A stretch of DNA of 64,000 bases from the human T2T-CHM13v2.0 reference genome, Homo sapiens, in assembly GCF_009914755.1 (NCBI RefSeq), contig NC_060938.1; one strand, given 5' to 3'. A model generated the notes under the pieces. It was not told the origin of the DNA, ran no database searches, and saw only the letters and a program-made list of their open reading frames with translations. Shown here piece after piece: positions 17,135-35,689 of the stretch. A program made the translations under genes and the position numbers. Every line of letters begins with the position of its first letter. Position 1 is the first letter of the stretch.

Positions 17135-18560
17135 AGTAGGAAAAAAAATGGGCTTTAAAATCAGATTGGACTTGAAATCCTAGCGCTGCCACTCAGTAGC
17201 AAAATCACTTTAGGCAAATCACTTCACTCTTTAAGAGTCTGAAATGTTCTCATCTGCAAAGCTGAGATTATTTCCTACCTCACAGGGTTGTTATGGGATT
17301 TAAATGAGACCATACTCTTGACACTCTACATTTGCTCAAACAGTCTGGAGTACCTAAGCCGAGTACCATGAATATCCAGCTCTTTTCACTGCCTGGTGAT
17401 GTCACTTGCCCCACGGCCTTCACCTCATTATATCCCTGACTTCCCAGCTGATAGCTCCAAGCCTGAGCTGACTCCCAGTCACACCTGACTTTCACATGGA
17501 TTTTCCACAGACATCTTAAATGCCAAAGTCAATTCATTTCCTCTGGGAAATCTGGGCCTCTTCAGTCACCAAAGGCAGAGATCTCAGTACTATTATTGGG
17601 TTCTTCTCCGGATGCCCATATCCAATCTATCACCAGATGCTGTTCATTCTTCTTTTCAATTCAACCCCTCCACAGAATCTCCATTGAATTTTTACCACCT
17701 CCTTTTCAGAACCTGATACTTTTCCCCTGCATTATTGAAATGGCTTTTAAAAAATTCCCACCTCCAGTCTTTCCCTTTCTAATCTGCTCGCTGTACTGTT
17801 GCCAGAATGATCTTTTAAAATGTAAATTATATATGGCCTCTTTAACGAATTATTCAATAACTTCATGCTACAAATGATTTCAAGAAAAAGTCCAAGCTAC
17901 ATCTCCCTTGATGATCTGGCACCTGCCTACTCCCCAGCCCATCCCTGCGCAGACTCTACACCCGTCATACTGTGTCCCTTCCAATTCCCCAGAAGTCCAC
18001 CAATCGCTTGCACCTCCAGGCTTTTGTGTATGTTGTTCCATTTTTCTGAAATGCCCCTAACTCTTTTTCTTAACTCCTCTGCATCTTTAAGTCTCAGCTT
18101 AGATGCTGCCTCTTTTAAGAGCCTACTTTGATACTGCTCCTCAAAGCCTTAGGTCAGGTGTTCCTCCTATCTAAAAGTTTCTCTGGTACCCTGTGTTTGT
18201 CTGTAACAGCACAAATCTCTCATACTACTATATCTTTCTTATATATATTTGTCTGACTCTTCCACCAGACTAAGTTCCTTTTCGGTAAAAGCCCCATCTT
18301 ATCTGATTCTATAGTGTCTGGCACCTAGTAGATAATTAACTAAAAGCAAATAATAATAGTAGCTAACATTCTTGAAAACTTATTATGTATATGTATCAGG
18401 CTCTGTGTTAACTGCTTACTTTAGAATATTTAATTTTAGCACTTCTTCTCAAAGAAGGGTGTATTATTATTACTATTATTATCATCCCCATTTTATAGAT
18501 GAGAAAACTAAGACTCAGAAAGATTAAATAAGTTACCCAAGGTTATACATCTAGGAAGAA
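17135..18560. mobile_element. MIR (+, about 17135-17340), L2 3' region (+, about 17350-18340), MIR (-, about 18350-18560)
   Basis: cagggttgttatgggatttaaatgag; ccagaatgatcttttaaaatgtaaat...atagtgtctggcacctagtag; atccccattttatagatgagaaaact. Confidence 0.75.
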
Positions 18561-18638
18561 ACAAGTCCTACCTAAACATATCCTTCCTTCCCCTCCCAAA
18601 AGTTCCCCTTCCCAGCCTTTTATGCCTCTAACTTAGAC

Positions 18639-18940
<302 letters not shown>

Positions 18941-19649
18941 CTAACTTAGGACTTTTACTAATCAATGCTCATTAGAACTTATTTAGAACTACTTCTCTCA
19001 CGAGCAGAAAGCACCTTATAAATACACCAAACATGGTGATATTAACTCAAAAATGTAAAAGGAAGACAGATAAAAAACTGGAATGTTGGTAAAAAGAGAT
19101 TTATCTTATAATGTCAAAATTAATGTTTTAATCTGATGGTAAAGGATTTCAATTAATGATAATACAACTTTGTCAAGGTTATCAATATTGGAATGAAAAT
19201 GTAAATATAGCAGCAAGGCAGAAGGGATGCTGGCAGGGAAAGGCCAACAAGTGGGTGCTGAGAGGCTTTACACGGTGCCACATCCTTGGTAATGGACAAG
19301 TCCTGTAGGTACAAAACCATCAGCACACTCAAAGATGGTCAGACTCTTGGTGACAAAGTGATCCTAACACAAACCCATGACACATGCGTAGATCAGAATG
19401 CTTACTCATGGGCAGTACAGGGAGTCAGTTCTAGTGAGCAGAATGTCATGTGTTCTCTCTCGGCACTTTGCAAACTATCGCGAGTCATGCTACAGTTTTT
19501 TCTTTCTTTTTAAATTTCCAACGTGTCCTGGACCAATACTTTAGTAAAATTCAGCAAAAACACCGCTTGAATATTGTGGCAATTGTTTAGTTTCTAAATG
19601 CTTGTTGTTAATTTCTGTACCTATCTCACTCACTGCAGACATGCTTTGA

Positions 19650-20276
<627 letters not shown>

Positions 20277-20292
20277 AAAAGCTTTTATTAAC

Positions 20293-20597
<305 letters not shown>

Positions 20598-21604
20598 TTA
20601 TTAACAATTTCCTGGTAACAGAAAAATTCCACCTGTAGCCAAGGCATTTAATGGATAAAAGGCACCAATACATTCCGCTCAGGCAGACTTTCAGTGATGC
20701 TCTTGGGAGGCTGGCAGGTAGTACAAAGTCAACTTCTTACAATTTCTTTTGCTTGTGTGATAACCACACTTTACAGATCCATCTCCTACTTATTTAATCC
20801 TTTCCTCTATTCTCTTTTACTAGGATATTTTCTTTCTAATCTTTAATGTAAGCAAAAATACCTTCCCTCAAAAAATTGAGTCACATAACCAGTAGGAATG
20901 AATGACCAAGGCTGAAGGTTTAGACTTAAAGAGCTAACAAATCAATCTGAAATTCAGTAACACAAATGACTGTATTGCTGCATGTTAAATAGGATCACTT
21001 TCTGTTTTTATTATCAATTTTTGTTTCTCCTCTTCATGTTTGTCCCTCTGGTAACTAAAAATAGCCTCAACGTTGACAGTTCTCCTGAATACACTGTCAG
21101 GATCTTTGTTTCCCCCTTACTTGTTATTCCTACAATGCCACCCTACTTGTTTCACCAATACCAGTGGGAAACTTTTCCGCTGGCTCATGTCCATCAGGAA
21201 ATATATAAACGGCTTCCAGATTCATATTGAGGTCGGGGTGGAAAGAGGAAGGAGGAAACAGGCAAGGGGGAAAGGAAAAAGGAACAGGGAGATTACAGCT
21301 TGCCATGCAACATAAAACAAGATCGTAAGTTTAGAGGAGGGCCGGCCTTAGACTTGGCATGGTGATTCTTCAGAGGCACCAGAGTTAGAAATAAGAATTG
21401 AAGTACAAACAGGCTCGAGAGAAAAGTTGCTTCAATTCTTTCTTACTAACCAGTACATGACTGATTCAGAATCCTGAGAAAAGAAATTAAGAAATAATGG
21501 AAGTGAGTGTGGCAGGAAGTGAAAGACCATAGGTTTTAAATTCAGGCAGCTGCATCACTAATTCTTGACCCTCACTCAGCCTGTACCAGATTAAAACACA
21601 TCCT

Positions 21605-22178
<574 letters not shown>

Positions 22179-22639
22179 CCTACATCCTGTGAGTCTTATT
22201 TTCTCATGTCAGCTGAAAGAATCTGAAGTTCTGAGGATTACACTGGAAATTGGGGAGAAATGTGTCTACACAGTACCCTATAAATCGTTAATTTCTACTC
22301 TGCCTTTCTGCCCTCCTTTGACCTCAATATCTAACCAATGTGTCCTACAGATTTGTCCTTCAGAACACCCTTCAATTAGCCTCTCTTCCATTCCCACTAG
22401 AATACCACCTTTGTTCAAATCCTTAGCATCTCATATACCAATTACTGAAAAGCTTCCTACTGTCTCCCTCCACCCAGGATTCCAATGCATACAGAGCACA
22501 CTATTGAAAGGTTTAAGTTTTCTAAAACAGCACTACCATCACATCACACCTACAAATCTATTTTTAAAAGGCAACCAGGAATTCCGGATCCAAAGCAAAA
22601 ACTGAGTGTCAGATATAAGGGCGAGAAGACAAGTCAACC

Positions 22640-24645
22640 TGCGCCTCAGTGTTCTGCACTGTCGGTCCTTAGATGCTGTGACTCTGAGAGCTGCTTGGAT
22701 GAATGCTCCTCTCTACTATTTCTCAGGAGGACAATTCTGATGAAGAGCCTAAGCCCAGGTGTCTGCAGTGGTGATCAGCTCAATGACACACTCTTGTACT
22801 GCTCCCCCTCACTCCTGCTCATGGGATACTTACTGACTAAATGACCTGCATGTCAGCCTTTGATCTGGGCTGTGCTTTCGGCATGGACTGCGGGGAATGG
22901 GAGGAGACACCCAGCAAAGATAACAGAAATGGCCCTAGAAAACAAGGTTCTTGAATGAGATTCTAGATCTACCTTACTCACTGACCAAATGGCAAAAGGT
23001 CTCCCCCTCCCATTCCTACTGGTAGGAGACATGGTGATAACCCCTGCACATAGTAGCATGACAACACCAGGAGCAGATTAAAATGAGGTATATGTGGAAG
23101 GTAAAGTATCAGATCACCAATCATGGTGGCACTTGAATGGAATGGAAACATTAGTGACTATAAGGCCTAGATACTGGCTGGATTAACAACTTTAGAGGCC
23201 ATGAACAAACAGAATGACAGGCTCAGGTTAGCCAACCCTTAAATCTAGGCATTCTTCAAAGTCTGAAGACTTCCAGGTCAGTGTCTGAAAAGACCCTATT
23301 TCTTGCAGCTGCGGGGCAGATTGCCAAAATTCAGGCTCCAGACTTAATTTAAAAGATATCAGAACTACAAAGGAGATATGAAAGAAAGCCTTGACAGGTG
23401 TTCTATGATAAAATCTGGGTCCTGGTAGGAACACTTGGACACAGAAACCTGGAATGGGGATATTTGGTTGGCTTAGCTGAGAATATTAAAGCCCAAGATT
23501 TACCTGAATTTTTTGGGCTAGGAGAAGCAGCTCCCCCAACTCCTTGCTAGAGAGCAGCAGCCTCCTTCATCTGGAGACCCTGCAGGTGCCTGAAAAGATA
23601 ATGCTTGTTCTCTTTAAGATCAGTTCCTGCCTTCTCTCACTACCTCCAAACCAATAATGAGGATCATGTTCCCAGCACAGTCTGATTGGGAAAATACAGT
23701 CCCTGTTCTGGGAGGAAAGAGTGTAGGCACCTAAAGAATGGTAAGACCTGGCTATATGCACTGGCAGGTCCTGAAGGTACACTCGTACAAGTGGATCCTG
23801 TGTTGGATGAGGTGCAAGGTCTGTGGCTATACAACAGCAGTTCATTCAGAACCCAGGGGATTCACTGCAGCATCTTCTGGTGCTTCTTTGCTGAGGGATA
23901 ACAGAGACCTAGTGATTGTAGCAACTACTAATAAACTAAGAGCTCAAATACCTCTGGGATGAAGGTCTGGCTCACACCTAGTAGGCTGCCTAGGCCTGCT
24001 GAAGTATTGGCAAAGAATGATGAAAATCTAGTTTCAATCTCTTCCATGATTGAGTCTTTTGTAGAGGTGTGGCTGGCCACCATCTTGAAGATTCCGTGAT
24101 GATGGAGCACACAAACTGATCTGAGTGATGCAAGAAGTAGACTAAATTCAGCAACTCTTGCGCCCACTGCACAACCTCTCTGCCTTTCACCACAGCAGCC
24201 CAGTTACAGCACCCTGCCTCAGCAGTACCTTTGTATCTTTTGTTGTCTGCTGTGAAAATTGTGACCCTTGGAGTCAGCACCTCTGGAAATCTGCTAGGCA
24301 CCTGTCCATATGCAAACCATGAGATGCAAGGGAGTGAACACCCTATTGGAAACACTTTTCCAATGGAGGGATGGAAGGTGGTAGGTAAATGTCCCCTCTT
24401 TCTTCCCTCTGGAAGACAATCCTGAAGTACATTCCATGTGGCTCATCAGTGAGTTCCAGTAGGATTATGCCTGATTGACCACAGCAGTGATCAGCTCAGA
24501 ACACATGCTTGTATTGGCTTGTTCTCATTCCATTTCACTCATCAGTTACCCACTCCTATTCTCTGGTAGAACTTCCCAAAATAAACTTTTTGCTTGCAAG
24601 TCCTTATACGAGGCTCTACTTTTTGGAGGGAACCCAGGCTAAGAA
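22640..24645 (+). mobile_element. Internally deleted ancient ERVL-type provirus with LTR16-like LTRs
   Basis: Shared motif gcagtg(gt)gatcagctca..cac..cttgta near 22765 and 24483; 3' LTR ends aaataaac...gggaacccaggctaaga; internal ERVL-like gaaacctggaatggggatatttgg and gggatgaaggtctggctcac. Confidence 0.65.
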
Positions 24646-25409
24646 AGAGCAGATACAAAAATCTCCAGTTTTGACACTGGTCTAAAAGAAGTAATGTTAT
24701 TTTTAATTGCCACTCTAGATTTTGGTCAAACTAATGGGTCATTCAGCCCTGGATTCCAGGTTACCTTTCTAGACTTTCATTTAAAAAAATTATTGAGCTT
24801 TGTGCAGGCTCTGTACTACATGTGAGGGATACAATGATAAATAATACAGCTCTTGATTTCAAGAAGCTAACAATGTTCTAGAAGGGTAGAAAAAGAAGTA
24901 GGCAATCTCACCTCTATGTAGTAAGTACTACCAAAGGGGTGTGCAAAAGGCTATGGTACACAGTGGGGGGCTACCTAAATTCTCAGGTGGAGTGAGAATG
25001 GCAAGGGATAGAACCTACATATAACCCACTACTGTGTGAATACCAGAAAACGGAGATTAGGGTTCATCTTAGGGTCTACTTGTTGCACTACATTTATGGC
25101 CACCTTAGTAATATACTTTCTGACAGACTGGACAATCCTAATCACTTCAGTTTGCTCTTTGTATCCCTATTCCTTTTATCTTCTTCAGCTTTCTTTTCTC
25201 AGAACACACCTAACTTCACCACTTCTCTGAACAGTGGGAAGAATATATAATTTGTATTTTAGGCAAGGATGCATTATAGTTTGGCAAAAAAATTTTTAAA
25301 GTTGTAGTTTTCTGTGTTTTGTTTCTTATACCCTTGTAGCTAATATTTGGAATTTGGTTGTCCCTGTTGGGTAAAGAGGCATAACAGAGTGTAGTCTTAA
25401 AGTTGCTTA

Positions 25410-25757
25410 ACAGTGGTCACTTAACAGAAATACCATCTGAGAAAAGCATTGTTAGGCAATTTCATCATTGTGCGAACATCAGAGTGTACGTACACAAACC
25501 TAGATGGTTTAAGGCCTATTACACACCTAGGGTACACAGTATATAAGGCCATTTTTTTGCTCATAGGCTATGAATCTGTACAGTGTGTCACTGTATTGAA
25601 TACTGTAGGCAACTATAATGCAATGGTATCTGTTCACTGAAACACATCTAAACATTATAAAGGTACTGTGAAAGTACGTTATTACATAACCTTATAGGAC
25701 CACTGTTGTACATGTGGTCTGCTGTTTACTGAATCATCATTATGTGGTACATGACCA
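25410..25757 (-). mobile_element. Tigger3a (MER7A)-like MITE
   Basis: ttgtgcgaacatcagagtgtac..acacaaacctagatgg...tgaatactgtaggcaa resembles the reverse consensus. Confidence 0.82.
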
Positions 25758-25809
25758 TTTATCCACATAGAAACGTATCTTTCAAGTCTCTGTCCGTTTT
25801 AATAGTCTT

Positions 25810-26104
<295 letters not shown>

Positions 26105-26708
26105 TTACAAGATTTTCCCGCAAGAGCTAAATGCCAGTCAGGCATTACTAATACTATATTTCCAATCTAAGTATCTTTTCATGCTCCCTTACAATACATT
26201 TTAGGTTATGTTCTGAGACAATCTCTGGATTATCTATCTGGAAGGGTACACAGGAACCTGTAACACTGGTTGCCTCTGTCAAGGGCAACTGAGTGGCTGG
26301 GGAACAAAGTGGAAGGGTGGGGGGCTCTTTACAGAATACCATGTTGAATTCTGTTCCGTGTGAATGTATTACCTATTAAAAGTTAAATTAAAAAAAAGTA
26401 CCACCAGGCTATGGAAGCTGCCAGAAGTTCTTTTCCTTAGTACTCTGTAAAAAATTAATCACTGACTACAAAACCAAGTGAATACTGGAAATGAGAAGGC
26501 TATCTACCTGGAGAACATTAATCCCTTCTAATGGGAAAGAGGCAATCACTGAGATTGATGCTGCATGTGTGTGAAAAGGTACACAATGTTTATATTCTTT
26601 ATTCTTACAGCTTCTGACAAGTTGTGTGAGAGACAAAAGCAAACAAAGCTGGAAAAGCAGCTGAAAACTTCTAGGGAATAACTTTAGTAACTTAGTAGAG
26701 GAAGCTAA

Positions 26709-27102
<394 letters not shown>

Positions 27103-27951
27103 TGACTAGATTGATATTTCTTTAATGTTTACTTCATAAATTAGTGTTATCTAATACGGCATTTAAAATGTTTACATTTAAGCATGGGGGGTAATGAGAA
27201 TAGCATAATGAAGGGAAAGCATTCATGGGGATGTCAGTTCTCTGCACAAAGACACCACATATAGCCCTCTACTGTAATGCAGGGGGAGCTAACTCTGGGA
27301 CCTACAGGATGCCTGAAATCTCTGAAATAGAGCACATTCTTATATGCAGGCATCTTGCTGGAAGAGACAGAAAGGATATACCACTAGAGTGGGACTGACC
27401 AGAAACCCAATTCCAATTCTCTTTAGCTGTGTGATGTGTGAAATCTTTGCCTGTTTCCTTATCTGAAAAATGTGGATAATACCGTCTACCCTAGGGGGTT
27501 ACTTTCAGGATTAAATAATATACATACAGCTCTTAGTCCATTGCTTACCTTATGGTAAATGTTAAATGAATGACAGCTATTTCTATAATCAAAGTTCCCT
27601 GATAAGCGTACCCACTGTACTGATGTATTCTACTACCAAAGCAAGCACAGGATTTGCGGGATGTGCAAGGGGGAAGGGAGGGAGCGTAGTCTGAAGAGAG
27701 CAGGGCAAGTCAAACACCTATAATGAGAACAGAAACAGTGACAACCCAAATGTATAATTTCCTGTCACAGGTTTATCAAAATGTTAAATAAAAACTATCC
27801 TCCTACTCAGCAGGTGAAAAATTCAGCGGTTCACACCTCTTTATCTGAAAACAAAAGCTAGTCATTTACACCTGTATTTTGTTTACTATCCTTAGACCAT
27901 TACCCCACTAGTGATGAATAGTAAATTATTATAATGGAATTAAGAATATCA

Positions 27952-28355
<404 letters not shown>

Positions 28356-28492
28356 TCAAAACAGTGCACCTCACAGATGATTTCTCCTCAGAGATCATAT
28401 TCCCTCTTCCCCCTACCTGTGGAAGAGTAGCTGTGGAATCACAAGGACCAGGATTCAAATCTTGGCCTTAACACTTTCTAGCTGTAACATGG

Positions 28493-28724
28493 TAATGCAA
28501 TGGTATTTGTTCATCTAAACACATCTAAACATTAAAAAAGTAGAGTGGAAGTACGTATTTTATAACCTTATAGGACCACCATTGTACATGTGGTCTGCTG
28601 TTGACTGAAACATCATTATGTGGTACATGACTATTTATCCATATAGAAGCATATCTTTCAAGTTTCTGTCCCTTTTAATAGTCTTGGCCACGCATAGTGG
28701 CTCAGGCATGTAATCCCAGCACTT
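28493..28724 (+). repeat. Direct dispersed duplicate of 25616-25848, inserted into a MIR
   Basis: Colinear match covering the Tigger3a end, the unique spacer (tttatcca.atagaa...tatctttcaagt) and the first ~39 nt of the AluJ. Confidence 0.92.
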
Positions 28725-29372
28725 AGGTGAATTTTTGGTACCCCATTTGGCTGTAAATGGAGGAAAAACCTACCACAGAGGACAACGTGAGTAAAGTGCT
28801 TGACACAGTGCCTGAAAAAGAACAGGTGCCCCACAAATTCTCCTGAACAAATGAATACACAGAGCATAAAACTTTTAAAAAGAATTAGTAATTTTGATAT
28901 AAAATTTACAGATTTCATCTACTTACAGCAGAATGTATGTACTTTTAAGACCCTCACTATTTCTAGAACATTTCTTACGGTCTTCACATGCTACATCCAA
29001 AGAGAGCTTTTAGAAAATACAAATGTAATCAGGCCACAAGATTTATGATAGTGAGGATAAAGCCAATTGTCTCAGTTTAGTATACTGAATTCTTTATCTT
29101 ATAGCCATGTTTGCCTCTGTTGCCTCATTTCTTGCCATACCTCTCTTTGCAACCCCAGCATCTCCAGCCAAAAAGGCCTAGCTGTCATTTATCTCTAGGC
29201 CAGTTCCTGCTGCCTGATATGCTCGCTTTTACCTCCAATCTTTGCTTAACTCCTACTCCAGGTCTCATTGTCTGGGAAGTTTCTGATATGTCCTCCTGCC
29301 CTCCCCTTCCATATTGGGGTCTGGGGCTTCTCGTCCTCCTAGGTACTCCCCCAGCACCCAGTGTTCTATTAG

Positions 29373-29658
<286 letters not shown>

Positions 29659-30722
29659 TAATCTCAGGTTCTGGCACACAGTAAGAGCTCAATAAGTGTT
29701 TGTTAAATGAGTATAGGAATCATGGTGCTAATTCTATACCAAGGGGCTTATTTGAGTTGATAGGCTATATCTTTTTTAGCTCCAATAATGTCCCATTGTT
29801 ACCTTTATTTGCTTGAAAACTAGGACAGCAGCTGTTCTCTCAGGTTTATAGACCTAATGTGATGATCAGATCTATAATACTGTATCCATCTACTTTTATT
29901 TAATCTACTGCCTCTAAAAATTTGACATCAAAATGTAGTTTAGAAGTGGTGTTCACACCACAGAAAACTTTAGCTTCTTACTATTTTACTGTTCATACTT
30001 ATAAACAAAAAACTATCAATCTAGGGTTTAAGATGAGGCACAAAAATAACAACTAATCATGCAGTTTAGCTTAGAAAAACTTCTGACTGCTCATAATTAG
30101 ATACAAGCTCAGATGTCAAAAGATTTAGAAAAACAAGGTAATGCCCATGTACTTTCCAGAGAAAATTTACTGAATCGGTTTCAAAATTCAGCACTGTTCT
30201 TTAATGTAAACAATGTAAACGTCAATTAGAAAGGAACACTGACAACGAAAACCTAATATAAAAACCAAACAAACCACTTCAGAAAAGGCTATTATGGTTG
30301 AAGATGAATATCGCTAGAAACAAAGACATTTAAGTGTGCAAATATATTTTCAGTTTTTTGGCACTACTTTCAGATGTATGTATATTTCACCCTTAAATTT
30401 CATGACATGTATAACATTTATCAGAAGTTTTATAAACATAAACATGCCAATACCTAAGTATGAGATACATAAAAATGTTTTAGTGCAAAGAATCGTAACA
30501 GAGCTCAAAGTCTTTTAATATATCAAGTAATCCCCTTGTGGAGACATATTTAGTAAGGCCAGCCCATGTTAATTTACAATAGAGACCAAATATATGAAAA
30601 AATGGTTGAAGCCAGGCAATTTCTGGACAGTTTATATTCACCGAGTGTTTTAGCAGTCCCATCATATATATACTCTGAACTAAGATTCGGTCCTTTGAAG
30701 GTATTATTTATAAAAAGGCACC

Positions 30723-31312
30723 TTTTTTTTTTTTTTTTTGAAACAGATCTTACTCTGTCATCCAGGCTGAATCACAACTCACTGTAGCCTTGACCTCGGT
30801 GGACTCAAGCAATCCTCCCATCTCAGCCTTCTGAGTGGCTGGGACTATAGGCACCCACCACCACGCCCAGCTAATTTTTGTTTTGTTCTGTTTTTGAGAC
30901 AGGGTCTTACTCTGTCAGCCAGGCTGGAGTGCAGTGGCACAACCTTGGCTCACTGCAATCTGCGCTTCTTGGGCTCTTGATCCTCCCACTTCAGCCTCCC
31001 AAAGAGCTGGGACCACAGGTGTGCACCACTATGCCTGGCTCTTTTTTTTTTTTTTTTGTAGAGATGGAGTTTCACCATGTTATCCATGCTGATCTCAAAC
31101 TCCTGGACTCAAGCGATCTGCCTGCCTTGGCCTCCCAAAATGCTAGGATTACAGGCATGAGCCGCTGTGCCCTAATTTTTGTATTTTTTTTTGTAGAGGC
31201 AGAGTTTCACCGTGTTGCCTAGGCAGGTCTCAAACTCCTGGACTCAAGCCATCCACCCGCCTCAGCCTCCCAAACTGCTGGGATTACAGGCATGAGCCGC
31301 CTCACCTAGCCC
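30723..31312 (-). mobile_element. Nested AluJ-in-AluJ
   Basis: Outer arms separated by an inner element at about 30876-31170. Confidence 0.85.
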
Positions 31313-32202
31313 AAAAGGTACTTTTTGTTGACAGTAGTTATCACAGAGGAGTGAGACTTTATAGTTCTTAAACACTTTTAGTATTATCTGTGTTATCTGA
31401 CCACCCAACCTATTACTTGTATTTTTAGACAGTAACTTAAAAAACATCAGTTATTCAAAAGTAAACTCTATATATACTGACATAAACATTTTCCCAAGGT
31501 TTATTAAGTATGAAAAAAAGTTATATAGTGTGATGTTATTTATAACAGAATAAGATAGCACGTTAAATACACACACAGATATGCACATATAAAGATTTGT
31601 AAGGAAAACCATCAAACTGGCCACAGTATATCACTAATAAGGATTTGGGAAAAGCATTGGTAGTAGACAAAAATACACTTTCTGATATGTTTCTGTATCA
31701 TTTCTTTTCTCCCCCAGCAATGAGCATGAATTGTTTTTGAAATGAATTAATTCAGAGGTAAAGTTTTACCAGAGAGTTATTATAGGAGATGGTTTATTTA
31801 TGAATATTATCAATCGTATTATCTGAAGTCTGCTGAAGTGCAAAGTATACATGAAGCTTGATCACTGAGTGTAGAGTAGGTGCTCAATACATTCTTGTTT
31901 TGAAGTTCATCTTTTGATCTGTTGAAATAGCCTTGGAGAGGTAGCAACTTAGGATTTGTTACCTCATTTCTATTACAGGAAGCATGACAGCAGTTACCAC
32001 ATAGGTTACTATAAAGATTAAGTGAGGTATTCCATAAAAAGATCTTAGTGCAGTGTTTTCACAGTAACAGCTAAGTAATATCATTATCAATCTATCTTAA
32101 TTCTTGGAATAGTTTCTTTTCCACTTCTACAACTAAAAGTAAACAGAATTCTTACATCTTGTGATAGTCTTCCTCTGGATGTTTTAGGAGATAAGAGCAA
32201 TG

Positions 32203-33748
<1,546 letters not shown>

Positions 33749-35689
33749 TAAATAAGGGTGAATAAACATTCCACTTTCAATAGACAAAGAAATACTGGCA
33801 ACTCCTTAAAATTTTCTTTTCCCTTAATAAATCAAACAGGACAAGTAAGAAATAAAAAGATACTTAACTTAGATTAAGAATTTCCAAGTTACTTTAACAT
33901 TCTGAGTTATATAATTTACCATAAATTTAATTCTCATTATTACTATACCTTTTTATTATTAAATTTGAGATATATAATTAGTTCTTTGATCTAAATTATA
34001 AATTAGTGCAGAATGAAAGACTGCCTCTGGATTAAACTTTTTTTGGCCTTAAAAGATGAACAGCATTAAACTGGCTTTTGAGAATTTTCTAAATTCAATT
34101 GATATTCTATTTTAAATCAATGAACTGACAAGTAAACAGTGAGTTGATGAGACAGGTTTTCTGACATTAAACTGTGAATTAAATGGTAGAGAGTTATACC
34201 ATTTAGACCCCATGTAAACTTACTTTTATAAATAATACTTCATATTTTGTTCCTATTCTGGGGTTAAGTGCTTTCATTTTGTTTGCAACTCCTTAGGGAT
34301 AAAATTTATTACAACCTCTACTATCCCACTCCCCACTTTTTTTTTTTTTAAAGAAAAGGTTACTCATCTTTCAAAGGTATTAAAAATAATTCAAAACATG
34401 TAACTGACAGTATACTAAGAATAAAGCAGTGTGCTAGGTTCTCAGGTTATTCAAAGATGACCAAGATTTTGATACACAACTTTGGGAGCATACAATACAC
34501 TAGGTGACAGAGGAAATGAGACGGGTACCTAGGTAATTTCAAAACAAGTTAGAAGATATAAAACCCTAAGAACAATAAAAAGTGTTTTAGAAATTCTCAG
34601 GATGTAGAAAATACTTTTAACTTGGAATGGCTAAGCAAAACAAGGAAAGTAAGCATGTGAGTTCGGTCTTAAAGGTTAGGGTAGAATTTGGACATTTAAT
34701 GATCAAAGGCAAAATACCCCCCAGACAAATGAAAAGTGAGAGCAGAGGGTCAGAGGTGAAGAGTTTGTAGTCTATGAAAAATGACTTAAGTTTTAAAACA
34801 AAAGATGCAATATTATATATATAAACTTTTTATGTTTTATATATAAACATATATATAAATATGAAACTGAGATTAACTCTTATGTTGCATGTTTGAAACC
34901 TGCATTTACTACTCTGATCTGTTGATAATGGTCTTTAGCTTGGCCCCATTCTTCTCTAGGAAGTACATTCAAATTTGCTGAAGAGGAGACAATTATAGAC
35001 AGAAGTAAAATAAACTGTCAACTCAACAGAACTGAGACAGAGGGAAGAGTGTCAATACGTAGACAGTGGAGGTTGGGAAGAGGGTGAAATGGATGAGTGA
35101 GTGGGGACAGTAAGTCTTTGCTATTTTGCATTTGTTTCAAGCCACACACTCTTGGAAAGTGACCAAGTTGCTAAGGGAAAAAACGAGGTCATTGCTTTCA
35201 GTTGCTTCTGTTAGATTTTTAATTCAATAAAATATAATCACATCCATTACGACTAAAAATATGGGCAAATGCATTACAGAGTCCATTTTGGAACTAAAGT
35301 TATAAATAAATTTCATATTGTAAAGATTGAAAAATGCATTTGTGATCAAGATGAAAAAACAAAATCTGCAGTTTGAAGTCTACAGTAAATATGCATGTAG
35401 ATGTTGGTGCTAATTCTGGGGTATTTTGCTCTGAGGTCAACAGTATTTATGACAAGGATGGTTAAAGTTCATGAGTTAACCTATAGTTCTCCTAAACAAT
35501 GAACTTTTCCTCAAAAAATTACCAACGAATGGTATACTCTTACTGTTCTCACATTTTCAGAGCTGTTTACCCAGTATATATGCTAAGGTCATTATGAAAA
35601 GTCAAAGTGATCAAACATGTGCTCCTTCTTTGGAGACTCTTCCAATCTAGTCATCTCTTTTGGAGTTTTAAATACTAGTCTTTTAAATA

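Noticed and set aside
23567-24425. Cluster of overlapping ORFs as a retroviral gene
   Set aside because: Short, on both strands, in degraded ERV sequence; no intact gag/pol motif seen.
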